Shown piece after piece: positions 11,910 to 27,867 of a stretch of 64,000 nucleotides of DNA. Location: the NCBI GenBank assembly GCA_964016885.1, contig CAXHJY010000028.1:1-64000 (forward strand), given 5' to 3'. This stretch comes from Eledone cirrhosa. Taxonomy: Eukaryota. Position 1 is the stretch's first letter. Each line of letters begins with the position of its first letter. A program made the translations under genes and the position numbers. The notes beneath the pieces were generated by a model, which saw only the letters and a list, made by a program, of their open reading frames with translations, had not been told where the DNA came from and did not search any database.

Positions 11910-14302
11910 GTGAGATATATATATATATATGAAGTATTTCCGTAGGAAATGTAAAGGAAAAGAGAGTGCTCTATGTAGGTTACAGAGCTTTTTAGTTATG
12001 TAATAAACAACATGAGATAATTAATTCATTTACCAGTGGTTTCTTGAAGACAGATATTTATATCTGTCTTCTGATGACTGAAGACAGATATAAATATCTG
12101 TCATCAAGAAACCACTGGTAAATGAATTAATTATCTTATGTTGTTTATTACATAACTATATATATACACACACACATACGCATGCACACATACACACACA
12201 TAAGTATACAAACAAATGAAAAGAGAACTCAAGACATTTGATGACAGCTAATATATTTGTATTGGTGGTTTGTGGCATAAATCTATATAACTCAAAACTT
12301 CATAGATTTAAAGACATGTCTGATGGTTCAGTTACTATTGATCTAAATGGTGAGGTTACCACAAGTTCTAAAGAAGGATAGTTGCCATTCAATGATTTAC
12401 TAAATTAGTCAGTTTGAATCGTAAGATGGAGCAAGTTTGACATGTACTAGGAGTTGTAGCAACTGTTGAAAATCCACCAGGGTCGTGGGGAGGCCAGCGT
12501 GTGGGACCCCATTTGCTCATAATAGTGAGAGAGGGGGAGGACAAGAGAGACGGAGGTGATGACAGTGGGAGTTTGGCTCCTCTGTGTTCAGATCTGGTGT
12601 ATATGTGTGTGTATTCTTACACTATTGACCCTTCCATCTTGTTAAATGTTTGTACATGATAATTTAGGTGTATTTTATAATCTATGCAAATTTCCACATA
12701 TTCTTACTCGTATCTTTATTGCTAAATGGGGAGAAAACTCTCACAGTGGATAAGCATTATGAAATTCCATAAATATTCACATAACAATTGGATATTTTAT
12801 TTTTCACTTGCAAACTCTCAGTATATATCATCATCATCATCATTTTATGTCTGCTTTTCCCTGCTTGCAAGGGTTGGATGGGTCCTATTCAGCACAGCAT
12901 CTCTCCACTTCGTCATCTCCTCGGTGAGTTTCAGTGATCTGAGGTCTGCTCTCACCACCTCTGCCCACGTTTTCCGTGGTCTTCATCTACTGCGTATTCA
13001 TTCGCCGTGGTTAACTTTGCCTTTCATCTTTACGGGGGTCGATAAAATAAAGTACCAGTAATACACTGGGTAATTGCTGGCCTTGTGCCAAAAGTAGAAA
13101 CATTTAATAGTATAGATTAAAGTTTAAGCAAAGAAGTTCTGCTTTGGTTCTTTATAGGATCTTTGTAATGATGGTTTGTGGCATAAATCTAAGTGAAAGC
13201 AGACATTCTTTGCTTAAACTTTAATCTGTACTAATAATAAATATTTGCTCTACAGTGTTTATATATACTTATATGTGGGACAACTCCCGTCTAACCCATG
13301 CTAGCGTGGAAAATGGACGTTAAACAAAGATGATGATGATGATGATATACAATCTTTATCGAGCCCTCTTTGGATTTAGGTCTTTGCATTTATTATTACA
13401 ACATATGTATGTATAAACATATATATATGTATGTATACATTTACATTTCTACACACAACATACAAATATCTACACACTATTGGATAGTCGTTGACTCTCC
13501 TGAGTTCCTCTGCCTTTTGAAAGGTTTTGCTTTTCTATCCCATAGTGTGTCCAAAAATCCCCCTCTTCACCAAACACACTTGGGGAGATTGCTGGTTCAG
13601 TCATGTGACTGGTTGTACTGGGTTACATGATACCAGTAACACTTGAAAGCAACCTGATACACTTTATCTGGCTTTTCAGATGCCCCAAATGTGCAATGAG
13701 TTTCCTTGAGCAAGAGACTTTATTTCACATTGCTCCAGTTTACTCAGCTGTAGAAATGAGATGATAGGGACTGGGGTCCCTATCATTCCACTGCAAAGTG
13801 GTCGTGGAGGTGCCACAGCAAAAAAGCACCCAGCACTCACTGTAAATGAGGTTGGTGTTAGGAAGGGCATCCAGCTGTAGAAATCAAGCCAGAATCAGAG
13901 CCCGTCCCACCCTTGCAAGCAGGGAAAAGCAGACGTAAAATGATGATGATGATGATGATGATGAGTGTAGCCAGATTTGCCTCAGCATAGCTGGTCTCAG
14001 AAGTCATCATAGAAGCGAAGTACAATATGTTGCTGATTATGGTCTCTTTGGCATTTCTGCCTGTTGGAAGTGTGGAAAACAATGTATTGCAGCTGGTGGA
14101 TCTTAAGATCATTTGAAAACTCACCAAAACAAAACAGGGAACCAACATTCATCACTGCAGCATATGCAGAAAGGAATGTAAATGTTTGGCGGGGTGAAAG
14201 AGTGACATTTATGCCACCCAGGTGGGAGAGGGGGATCAGGTGGTGACAATTCTTGAAATCAAGATGCAGCCTGTCTGTCCGTCTGTATGTATGTATGTGT
14301 GT

Positions 14303-14361
<59 letters not shown>

Positions 14362-14698
14362 CGCACGTGCGTACGTATGTGCATGTGTGTATATGTATAA
14401 ATGTATGTCAGTATAAACGTGTATGTATAAATGTATATATATAAATGTATTAAGTGTAATGAGTTCAAATCTCAAGCATTCCTTTACAATGAAAATAGCT
14501 CAAAGAAAAGAATAGTTCTGAGCCGTGTAATAAATATAAATCAATATATATGATTAAACACAGATACAAACATATCTTTGTTTATATTGCAAAAGGAATT
14601 AAGTTAGCAATATAAACAAAGATATGTTGGTATCTGTGTTTAATCATATATATTGATTTATATTTATATATAAATGTATAAATGTATATATATATAAA

Positions 14699-14736
<38 letters not shown>

Positions 14737-14822
14737 TATCCGGGAGCTTCCAACAGAAATGGTCGCATTCTTTAAGGGTATGTCAATATTTATTTATAAA
14801 ACTGCTCTATATTATATTTTAT

Positions 14823-14869
14823 CTGATGAAAGCACACCATAATTTAACTTGGTGTTCTTGAAATATGTA
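14823..14869 (+). ncRNA. Hammerhead-like core; paralog on the minus strand at 49948-49992
   Basis: CUGAUGA-AAGCACACC...GGUGUUCUU-GAAAUAUGUA; flanks align with the reverse complement of 49910-50030. Confidence 0.5.
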
Positions 14870-15722
14870 TAATGAAATAAATATGGTTTTATAAATATAG
14901 TTTCCATTTGTTAATATATCGTATATATATATATATATATATATGCATGTATATATAAACGTATATATAGACGATCGCTGTCCTGTTTTAAGTGCCAAAA
15001 CATCTTTGATCCACAGTAAACAGCTGATGAAGGGCTACTTTTCCTCTCTTGTTTACGCCCTTTCCATCTTACACTTTGTTTACAGTAACCACACAGCCTG
15101 CCTCTTTACTTGTATTTTTATATGTATATATATATATGATCATCATCATCATCTATATATATATAGTGAAAAGATAACAAGGACGATTGGTTACTCCTTC
15201 ATTACGTTTATTGGTTGGTGACACGCGTTTCGCCACTGATCAGCTCAAGGTTCGATCTGCAACCAATCGTCCTTGTTATCTTATTTCACTATAATACACT
15301 CTGTCCAGCTCTACACCTCGACACTGAAGTGAACCTAAACATCGAGTGCTCACCCGGGTGAACCTACAGTAACTCCAAGTTACACTCCTTGGATATAGAT
15401 ATATATAGACGTTTATACAAACATATACTTATATATATATATATGTCTACCCTGTGAGGTGGTCATGCTGGAGACATGACAAATGCAGCCAGTCCACTCT
15501 GTCAGCTCGTTATTTTGGAGTTATGATAAAAAGTACCCAGTTAACAGTTTAACATGGTTAGCATTACGGAAGGCATCCAACAATAGAAACCATGCCAAAG
15601 TCAGATCCCTATGAGCATGACCTGGTCACCTGACCTGGCTTGTTTCACAACATTACAAACCTGTGAAACCCATGCAAGCATAGAAGATAGTGGTTAAACG
15701 ATAAAGATGTACATATATTCAA

Positions 15723-15758
<36 letters not shown>

Positions 15759-15843
15759 AAATATATACATGTATATATGTTTAAATATATACAAGTATAT
15801 ATGCATATGTATATATATGTGTGTGTGTGTTTATATATATTTA

Positions 15844-15882
<39 letters not shown>

Positions 15883-16556
15883 ATGCCCCCTCGTTATTGA
15901 GTATGGCCATTGCACGATCAGTATCGGTAGAGGGTCGGACATGCTTTCCAGCATAGTTATGTCCCTTTATGTTCTGAGTTCAAATCCCGCCGAGGTTAAC
16001 TTTGCCTTTCATCCTTACGGGGTCGATAAAATAAAGTACCAGTAATGTACTGGCTAATTGCTGGCCTTGTGCCAAAAGTAGAAACAATTAATAATTATTA
16101 ATTAATTCTATCGTGCAATGCCTGTGCGTGAAGATATATTTTAAAGTGAGGAAAGACTGTGCACTGAGCCAATCCCACTCTCTGAGCGACAGTAGCTATA
16201 ACCCGAAAAGAAGAAAAGATCAACATCATTGGTAACTACTGAGCCGCAGGTTATATATCGCAGTTATCCCAGTTTCTTGAGTTGCCTTCTCTTAGAAGAA
16301 TGCCCTGAGAAAGGCTAGGGGTCATTCACTCCCAGTGGTTTAACCGGGCGGTACATGTGTATATACATATTTACACACTTTCGGATGGCTGTTGACTCTT
16401 ACGAGTTTCTTTTGTTTTTTGTCCTGCAGGGTGTCCAAAATCCTCCTCCTCACCAAATAAACTTAGTGGGGTTGCCAGTTTAGTTGCCGACGACCCGACC
16501 AGGTTGTACTGGGTTACATGTTACCAGTAGCCCTCAAGAGTGACCCAACATATATG

Positions 16557-16594
<38 letters not shown>

Positions 16595-17282
16595 ATGCCC
16601 CCTCGTTATTGAGTATGGCCATTGCACGATCAGTATCGGTAGAGGGTCGGACATGCTATCCAGTATAGTTATGTCCCTTTACGTTCTGAGTTCAAATATA
16701 TATATATATATATTACTCTTTACCTGTTCCAGCCATCCAGCTGAGGCCATGCTGGGGCCCCACCCTTATATATATATGTATATATTTATGATACAAGTGG
16801 AAGCTTAGTAAAATCGAAGCTTTGGCTGTGGGCAAGCACTCAATAAGGGTGGGTCCTTAGAGTAATAACATACGTTTAAATAGCTTGACAAATTGAACAT
16901 TGCAGTAGGCAAAACCCAACCACGCAATACCAAAACAACAAAAGAACTAACAGGTTAAAAGATTAAGATATATATTTATGATATACGTATCCAACACACG
17001 CACATATATAATATATGAAGTATTCATGGTATTATACTCAATATATACTTAGGTACAGAGTTAGTATAGTAGTTAGTAAGATCCCAACAGCAGTCCCACT
17101 ATGTTTCAACTGGCTTGAGAGCTAACTAGCTTTCAACTGTTTATTCCTAATACAAATTTATTCCTATATATATCTATAATATATTATACATAATATATTA
17201 TAGATAATATATTTTATATTATATATTGCAATTAAATGCTATATATGAAATATATTACATATATGATTTATATAATACATAC

Positions 17283-17322
<40 letters not shown>

Positions 17323-17419
17323 TATGTATTATGCATAATATATTTTATATTATATATATGTGTTATATATAAGCTATATTACATATGTTGTAAATAATAC
17401 AGACTATAATATATATATG

Positions 17420-17456
<37 letters not shown>

Positions 17457-17499
17457 GTATATATATATATGTATATATATATATATGTATCTCTATCTA

Positions 17500-17749
17500 T
17501 CTAAGGCGGGTAAAATTCCCGAGATCCATGGACAAGTTCTCTCCAGCGGTCTCTGTCCCTCATTATCGCTGCCATATCCTGCATCTCCAACAGACCAGTG
17601 TCTGTCCTTAGGGCATCAACATATGTTAACCTTGGTCTTCCTCTTCTAGTGTGTCCATGTAGGGGCTCCCAAAGGAGCACTGAGTGCAATATCAACTCTG
17701 GATGTCGGTGAGCATGTCCAGCCAACCTCAGTCTCCTCTGTGTCACTTT

Positions 17750-17750
<1 letters not shown>
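17500..17750 (-). mobile_element. 3' end of a second RTE-like LINE family inserted in (TA)n; shorter copy at 49750-49905
   Basis: [15 protein letters not shown]...LLWEP.HG...[10 protein letters not shown]; near-identical 3' end at 49750-49905. Confidence 0.8.
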
Positions 17751-18930
<1,180 letters not shown>

Positions 18931-20971
18931 TTTACATATAATGATATATATTATATATGATATATATTCTATTATATTTGTTCTAGTTTGATGTATCACC
19001 TTTTTGTTAGTCCTACTTTCTATTTTGTATTTCGTTCTCTCACATCATTGCTGTTATTGGTATTTATCATAGAAAAATAAAAGTAAAATAAACAACAAAA
19101 TAATATACCATAAAAAAGGTTTTGTAAGTATAAATTTATATGGTTGCAAATATATCTAAATCACGATAGAATTAGATTTTAAAATATGTCAATAAAATAG
19201 TTTTCTTTTAATATCTCATTTTGTTTTCATTAAAATGATTATTGACAGATATGGAATAAAACTATTTAGCTTAGAAAGTCTTCTAGCCTTCTTTCTATCA
19301 TGATTGAAAGTTTCTCTCCTACATGTAAGTCACCTCTCTCTATACCAGTGATTCTTTTTTCCAAAGGAAAGGCAAAGATTGCCACAGCTTGGCACTACTG
19401 TCGCTGCAACACGTTCTTTTTTTCCAGCTGAGTGAACTGGAGCAGCATGAAATAAAGTGTCTTGCTCAATGACACAATGCATCATTTAGTCTAGGAATCA
19501 AATTCACAACCTTAGAACAATGAAGCTAACCGCAAAAGCCTTAATTCCACATTATATTAATGTAAATTATAATAAATTACTTGTAATTTAGAGTGTATGG
19601 TGAGGGCAGTAGTATATTGGTAGAATTGGTAGACCATTAAATAAAATACTATTACAGTATTTGTTCTGGCTCTTTAACCATTTAGCATCCAAACCAGCCC
19701 TATCTGGCCAGATTCTCTCACCTCTTTCTGTTGTAACCAGCCATTCATACTGATGTTAAGGTATTTTTCTCAAAATATATAATATCAAAAAATCTGATAG
19801 ATTCAATATTTTGTGAGATAGCCTTTACAATAAAAATATAATAGTAAATATAGAGTAATGAAAATACTAAAGGGTTAAATCCTGATTTTAAATCCTGTCA
19901 AGTTCAACTTTGCCTTTCATCCTTCTGGGATTGATTAAATAAAGTACTTGGGTTGATTTAATCAACTTTATCCCTTCCCCAAATTTGCTGCCTTATGCCT
20001 AAATTAGAAATCAATTTAGAATGTATGTTCAGAAGTTTTATCTTTAGTTTGTGTTTTTTCTTTTCTGTTTTTCTATTCTAATATTTCAAAAATTGTTTGG
20101 AATCATTTTTTGATTTTCATAAACCTAGTCCTGTAAGGGGTATTTTTCATGTCTCATGAAAAGCATCCAATTAGAGCTGACTGAGAAATCAATATAATAT
20201 TGATCTCAGGAAGACTCGAATTCTTATTGTAATTATTATTTTAGAATTTAAGAACTTCTTATCTAAAATGTTAAAATATATTAGAACAAATAAAATGTCA
20301 CCAAAAGTTTATCAATTTCCTACTTTATACTTTACTTGTAAAACACTTTATAGTGTATGATGTATGACAATATATAAAATACTTTGTACAATTTTATTTA
20401 GTGTATGGCAGTATTTTAAATACTCTATACATTTTAGTCCATGACGATTTTAAAAATACTTTATACAATTTTTTTTTAAATACTTTATACTTTATAATTT
20501 TTCTAGTGTGAACACTATTCATGTAATTTTAAAATTACAAATGTAATTTTATTTGACTCATTTGCAAAATATATTTATCCTTCATATTTCCTCCTACTAA
20601 AAACAGAATTAATTTTATTCCTTGTACTTTCTTTTTCTATATATTTTGAAATGCTTGTAATTGTTATTATTATTTATAATGTAAGCATTAATTAAACTGA
20701 TTTAATAAGGCTTTTTTCTTACAAATATTTCATAATCTTTAATATATTTATTCACTAACTAGTATTATTATTTCCTTATGTAATTTTACATCACAACAAT
20801 TTCATTAACCATAAATGTACAAAATTCATTAAAAAAATTAATAATAATTTTAAAAGTCCAGTGTGTATGATGTATGTGAATATTAGTTTAAATTAATGCC
20901 AAATGCCTTATAGTGATGATTATTATAATCAAGAGTAAATAAAACATAAACTAATGGATAATTGATTACAG

Positions 20972-20995
20972 AAGTCAAGCAAAAAAGTCGAAAAT
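20972..20995 (+). CDS. CADPS: Candidate 24-nt CAPS microexon (KSSKKVEN)
   Basis: ctaat branch-like motif, ttacag acceptor, 24 stop-free nt in phase 0/0 and a perfect gtaagt donor. Lies in a repeat-poor stretch upstream of the phase-0 AFAW exon. Polypyrimidine tract is weak. Confidence 0.45.
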
Positions 20996-21358
20996 GTAAG
21001 TATTTTTTTTCTCCTTTGCCCAGCCTTAGTGATTGTGAACTGTCTTTTTTTGAAACAGTAAGAGTAGTTTGTTAGGAATTTCCCCATACTAAATGGTTAA
21101 CTTATCAACCTTCTTTCTACATAAAAACTAAGTCCTTATGAAATCACAAGCTTGACTGGTGATAAGTCTTTCAAGTTTGATTCTATCTCTTCCTTATTTC
21201 ACATCAGATTTGGTTAGAGTTTCCACATATATTTATACTAATAATCTAGATGTATTAACAGTTATGTGTACATTTAAATAGTTTTTTCTTACCTCTAACA
21301 TACAAATTAGCTCCATATATATATATGTCTGTATATGTTTATGTGTATGAGTATGTAT

Positions 21359-21394
<36 letters not shown>

Positions 21395-21654
21395 ATGTAT
21401 GTATATACATGTGTGTATATAGATGTATATACACATACATACATATATATATATATACATACATATATATACAAACATATACATATATATACATATATAT
21501 ACATTTATATACATGCATACATACACACATACACACATATACAATACATACATATGCACTTACACACACATACATACAAACATTATATATGTATACACAC
21601 ACATATATATATATATGTTACACATAGAAATATATGTATATATATATGTGTATG

Positions 21655-21686
<32 letters not shown>

Positions 21687-23781
21687 CGTATGTATATATA
21701 TATAAATGTATATACATAAATGTATATATATATAAATGTATATATATATATTCTTATATATATATGTATATATATATATATATTCTTATATATATATGTA
21801 TATATATATATATATATATTCTCATGGATGCATGGTTCTTTTAAAAGTATATATTTTTATAGTTTGTCAGTATTCTCTTGATTTCCTTCTTTGTTCCATG
21901 TATGTACTCAGCACTTTAAAATATTTTCTAATGTAGCACTGTGTATGCATGATTTTTATTGACACATCACAGTGTTGTTTTAATATAAAGAAACATTAGT
22001 AGCATCAAATGTTTTGGAATGATATGAAATTAAATAGTAAGTTAGTTATTTATGTGTCTTTGTACTTGTCTTTTGCTTTTTTTCTGTTTTTTTTGTTTGT
22101 TTGTTTTTTGTTTTTTTTTACTTCATTTCTTTTTCTCCTAATTCAATAATCCAACATAGCATAAGTTTGTTCTTTTGATTTATGTTGATATAATGCTAAT
22201 TATTAGACTGAGTGTAAAAGTATAATGTGGACAATAACATCATTTTCAGTCTTCCCTTTACATTAAAAACAATGACAAAAAAAATATAAGAAATAAAAAA
22301 TAAGATATAATGAAATATTTTACATGGGGCAATTCTGAAATCAGAACCCTGTCTACTTCTTTCTTCAAGCTGGATTCCTTATGGCAGTTACTGTCCTTAT
22401 GGTATGACAGTCAGAAGTAATATCTGAGCCATGGTTTTCTAATACAGATTATTTCAAAACCATGATAAAGAAATTTAACAAATAAAGCTAAATTTGTTAA
22501 ACATTATTCTAATTTCTGCCTTAACTTTGAGGTCTGTTCCATCATATCTTACTAATCCTTACATATATATACTCCTTTATACACAAATGTATCATCAATT
22601 TGTTTTAAGTGTCTACCAGGCACCTTCTGTTTCAACTTCTAACCAAATAAGGAACTGCACTTAAGTGTATTCTATTTTCCTCAGCAAAAGGGATTTCTAA
22701 GTACCCTGGTTGAATATTTTATATTCTCTTTAAACTTTTTGAATACTTATCCCATTCTTTTTATTTTAAAAAAACTATCAATATATCAATATTTAGCATC
22801 TTCCTAATGCAGTGAAAATGAGCATTACTCTAGTAATTCAGGGTAATGCTCAAACCTATAAAACATTACAAGCAAGCTATTTTGTGTTCACAAGCACAGA
22901 TTTACATATTCAACTGCACATCATACACATTTAAGTGTGCATACAAAATATGCATTCAAAGAGATTCATATGCTAATGTATCTTGTAAAGAACACACACT
23001 TAATATTCTCCAACTATTGCCCATTGTTATGTTGATTTCTACTATAATGGTTTCTACTCTGTTGTAATAAATCTATATCATGTCCATCTAAATCTACATC
23101 TTACTTTATCACCCTCTTCTTCTTATCACTCCTACTTTATCCCATCTCCTCAACCTCATATCTGTAATTTTCCTTCTTCAAACCTGTATTTTTATGTAAC
23201 TCCTAACCATAACCATCACATCTTCTTTTGACAAGTTATTTAACAATTTAGAATTAATATCAACATCTTTAGATGACATAACTGCCAAATGGAAAATAAC
23301 ATTCAAATACCTACATTTTCTACAAAAATATCAACATCTTTAGATGACATAACTGGCAAATAGAAAAAAACTCAAATTACCACATTTTCTACAAAAACCA
23401 TTTAATATAGCTAAGATTCAGCAAAATCATAGTATTTTCATTTAATTTCTGTAAACATTTCACCACTATAATTTCAGTGTATTTATCACAAAAAGTAATT
23501 GTAATACATTTAATCAAAATAGATAAATGATAAACCAAACTTAATTGTTTGAATTAAATTTATGTATTTTAAAGTTTTGTATTTTCCTTAACTCAAAGAA
23601 AACAATTATATAAGAAATACTAAAAATGATATATTTCTAGATATAATTACACTCTTCTTCTATTTCCTTGTTTAAATGTTAAAGATAATACTAATTTGTT
23701 GAGGCATTTAACTGCCCACTACTCTTTACAGAGCAGCTTCTATATTTCCAAATATTTTAAAAACAAATTTAGATTATTCTT

Positions 23782-24113
23782 TTTAACCTGTTGACTGCCA
23801 CATACATTTTACACCGCTACAGTTGCTGTGCCGGTTTGGGGAGGGGGGAGGGGGGCTTTCAGTAAAATGAATATTTTGATTGACAAACGTCACATCAATA
23901 AACTAGTAACACCTTCTAGCTTTGAAGTTATGAACTGTTGGAAATGAGTTCATAACTTTGAAGTTATGAACTGTTGGAAACGAGTTCATAACTTTGAAGT
24001 TATGAAATGCTGGAAAGGAGTTCAAACATGTTAGGACGAGTTATCTCGTCTGTGGCACTGGAATGCATACATGTTACAATGAGTTATCTCATCTATGGCA
24101 CAGAAAAGGTTAA
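23782..24113. mobile_element. Second putative piggyBac-type MITE with internal palindromic repeats
   Basis: ttaa-cctgttgactgcca...tggcacagaaaagg-ttaa; internal repeated cataactttgaagttatg palindromes. Confidence 0.5.
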
Positions 24114-25332
24114 TACAGAGGAGAAAGTACAGTGGTCATGACACTTTTTAGAGCCTCTGAAATTAGGGAAGGATGGTCAGTTATCTTCAGATTTAAATAC
24201 GTAGCTCAGAAACAACAGAGCAATGTTACCTAAGAATGAAGTGGTTGTGTTAAGCAGGGTGATGGATTAAGTCTACCACTCAAAAATAAGAACAATACCT
24301 TCAATTTTATACACTTGATTTTAGTTAACCAGAGTCTTTAGTAGAAAACATTTGACCAAGGTTTCCAAAATCACATAGTTATGAAATAAATTAACCCTTT
24401 AGTGTTCAAACCAGCCAAAACCGGCCATAATTCTCTACCTCTTTCAGTTGAAACTGGCTGTAACTGGTCACTCAAACTGATGTTAAGGTATTGTTCTCAA
24501 AATAAATACTTTCAAAATCTCAAAGATTCGATATTATGTGAGATAATTATGTGAGGTAAAGCCATGAAAATATAATAGTATATATAGAGTAATGTGAATG
24601 CTAAAGGGTTAAACTTCACAGATATGCCTGCATTTATTCAGTATTTTCTCATTCATTAAAAATAGGTCTTTGTATTCTCATTTATGAAGCCGCTAACTTC
24701 AGTATGCTTACTTTAAAATCTTTAGTGGCATCCCACTCTATAAACAAAAGTTAAATAACATTATATAAGAAGCTATTTAAAATCAATTTCTCTATATTTG
24801 TCTTAAATATACAAGAAACAAATAAAATATGATTCTTTTTACAAGCAGATTACAAGCTATGTTTAGAAAAGAACAGACTAATTAATTAGGAATAACTTAA
24901 AGCATTCACTGAGGAAAATCTCCAAGAGAATAAAAATATTGAATTTCTATATGGAAGGAAAGTCATCTTCTTATATATTTTTAATCTATATTTTTGAAGC
25001 CATAACAATGTTAGTTGGAAATGTACCAGCTCTTGAGCTTATATGCTCTTGATGCTACAAGATGCTATAAGAAAATGTTTCATCATACAAATCAAAACAT
25101 TTTGCTAACACATGTAAGGATTCTTTAAAATAACTGGGAAACATTGGCATAGATTTTGACTTACAACAAAGTTATGTTTTTCATATTATTAATGATTTTT
25201 TTTTAGTTTAGTTCCTATTGATTATTTATTATTGATTGTTTGGATATTAAAAAAAATTACCCTTGTCATATTCTTCTTTTTATTTATCAATGATATCTAA
25301 ACTCCTTTACAACAGGACTGCAAACATTGTAT

Positions 25333-25399
<67 letters not shown>

Positions 25400-25547
25400 C
25401 ATCATCATCATTATTACATCCCTTTACAGTCTGAGTTCAAATCCCGCCGAGGTTAACTTTGCCTTTCATCCTTACGATAAAATAAAGTACCAGTAATGTA
25501 CAGGGTAATTGCTGGCCTTGTGCCAAAGGTAGAAACAATTATTATCA

Positions 25548-26540
25548 TCAGTATCACTATTTTACATCTGTTTTCCATGCTTGCAATGGTTACATGGATT
25601 GTCCCACTCTGAGGCAAGGCAGACAAGTCAGATGACATTGTCTTGATCATACATTCCATTTTGGTATGATTGCTATGGATGGATGATCTTCCTAATATCA
25701 ACCACTTCACAGCATCTTCTGAGTTCATTTTCTCATGGCACCACTACTACCACCCGATAAGGTGGTATGCGTGCTTTTTTTAATGGCACCTGCACGACCA
25801 TTTTACAGTATGGGCAAGGAGGGTGGAGAGATTCAGGGATAAATTTGACTGCGTGAGTTGTGAGGGAGAGGGGGAAGTAAGTAAGTGTTGGGAGAAAAAG
25901 TGGGCAAGTAGCTCTGACATTACAGTGAAGGTGCATCCACCTTCGAGTAGAAGTCAGGGATATGGATAAGGGGGACTAGGTTAGTAGGGAAGAACTATAA
26001 CGGCGTAGGAGGAGATCAATCATGCAAGGAAAAAACTGGGTGAGGGGAATAGATAACGAGGGTGGTGGGGTGATGGTAAGGCAGCTTAAGTGTTGTTAAA
26101 TCATTCTGCCTTCTTCAGCCATCTTCCCCATGCTCATTTCATCCTGTTTGTATAGGGATGTGAGTTTTTTATAGTATGGCATATCACAAGCTGACTCAAT
26201 CCTGTGCCATCTCCTCCATGAGGTTCAACTTTCTGAGGTTAGTCTTTACCACTTCATCCCATATTTTCCTAGTTCTTTCTTTTCTACAGGTTCCCTACAC
26301 TTTGAGTCCCCTACATATTTTTTATGCAGTTCTCATCCTTCATACACATCACATGGCCATATGAATGCAGTTTTCTCTCTTATACACTGCATTTGGTCCC
26401 TCTTATGCCCAGTTTTCTCTCAGCTTATTAATGCTTTTTTGTTCTTGCACACTACTATTAAACATCCATTGGAGCATGTTCATATTATTTCTTTCCAGTC
26501 TTCACAAATCCTCTGCACTCAGTGCTCAAGTCTTGCTTCC
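25548..26540 (-). mobile_element. Decayed RTE LINE 3' region
   Basis: Minus-strand remnants of the MLQWMF...YGHLM...GTCRKR-type C-terminus and a tail similar to other RTE copies. Confidence 0.65.
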
Positions 26541-27867
26541 ACACAGACACACACACACATACAGAATATAGTTTCAAATATGCTTCTTCTTTATCACACT
26601 TTTTGTTTGAATACTATAAATTCAATTGTTAAAATTTCTATTGGGTTGGTTATTTAAAAGCACTTTTGTTAAGTTGTTAGTTTAAATACAACACCAAACT
26701 CTAGTCCAGTGCTTCACAAAGTGGATTCCAAGGAACCATGAGATTATGCGAGAATAATCTGTGATTCTGTAAAATAAAGTGTCTTTTAATAAAATGTAAT
26801 AAAACTATATTCTAGGTTTCACATATATACATACTGGTGTCTCCTGGTATTTGTAGGGGTTATATTCCTAGAGCATCCGCAGAGGGAAAAACCGCGAATA
26901 TTGGATGTAGTCCATAAAAATTCCCATAAACATCAAAATATAACGTAAAATATAATAAAAAAAGAGGGGGCATCCAATAGGCCAGCAAATATAGTATATT
27001 GATATTAATAATTTAGCATTAAAAATATATATATATTGTCACAAAAAAGCCATTAAAAAATCGCAGATATTTATGATTTCATGTTTATGCAATGGTATCC
27101 ACGAACAATTATTAGTTAAGGTCTCAGGAAAATTCTGTGAATAATCAGGACAGTGAATGCCGGGGCCTAGAAAGCTGGAGGTACACTGTGTATATATATA
27201 TGTGATGATGATACAGTGACAGAGTATATGTAAAATAAAGAAAATGTGAAGTTCGATGTAGATATTTAAAAATCCTTCATTAACAATGGCGATTGTAGTT
27301 ATATGATAGTTCAATCACATATTTAATCACATGATCTCATTAGACAACCTCTTATGTAATAAGGTTACGTTTCCAAGGCAATCCAATCTAAAGACAAGGG
27401 AATAGACAGAAATGATGTTTTCATAGCTGTAATTTCATGAAAAACTTATAATTATTATGTTATACTAGCAGAAAGACCACCCTTCAGGTGGTTTTCTGCT
27501 AGCATGTGTAGTGTGTATATTGATATTATATGCAAGTATATGTACATGTAGATATGATACATCAAATAAAATCATAATTGACAATATACACAGAAATTGA
27601 ACGAAGACGTTGTTACACTGTCTTATGTAATCAGTAACGTAATCCATGATACATTAAAAAAGACGATATTATACATAAACTACATTAGGAGAAAATTAGT
27701 GACAGAAAATTAGTATGTTTATTTAAGCGATGGCCAACCAGAAGTGTTAACATTTCAGAAATTTTAAAGAAGTGAATCTTTAAATAAACAAAATATATTT
27801 AATGAACAGCCACGAAATTTAGTAGATAAATTATGTAATATTCATTCATTATTTATTCAACTTAAAA

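Noticed and set aside
15024-15250. Additional hammerheads (ctgatgaagggc at 15024; GAAACGCGUGUC on the minus strand at about 15219-15231)
   Set aside because: Each has only one half of the catalytic core intact.
20914-20934. Alternative 21-nt microexon after tgccttatag
   Set aside because: Begins TGA TGA in the required phase 0 and has a weaker donor (gtaaat); could only be a poison exon, with no support.
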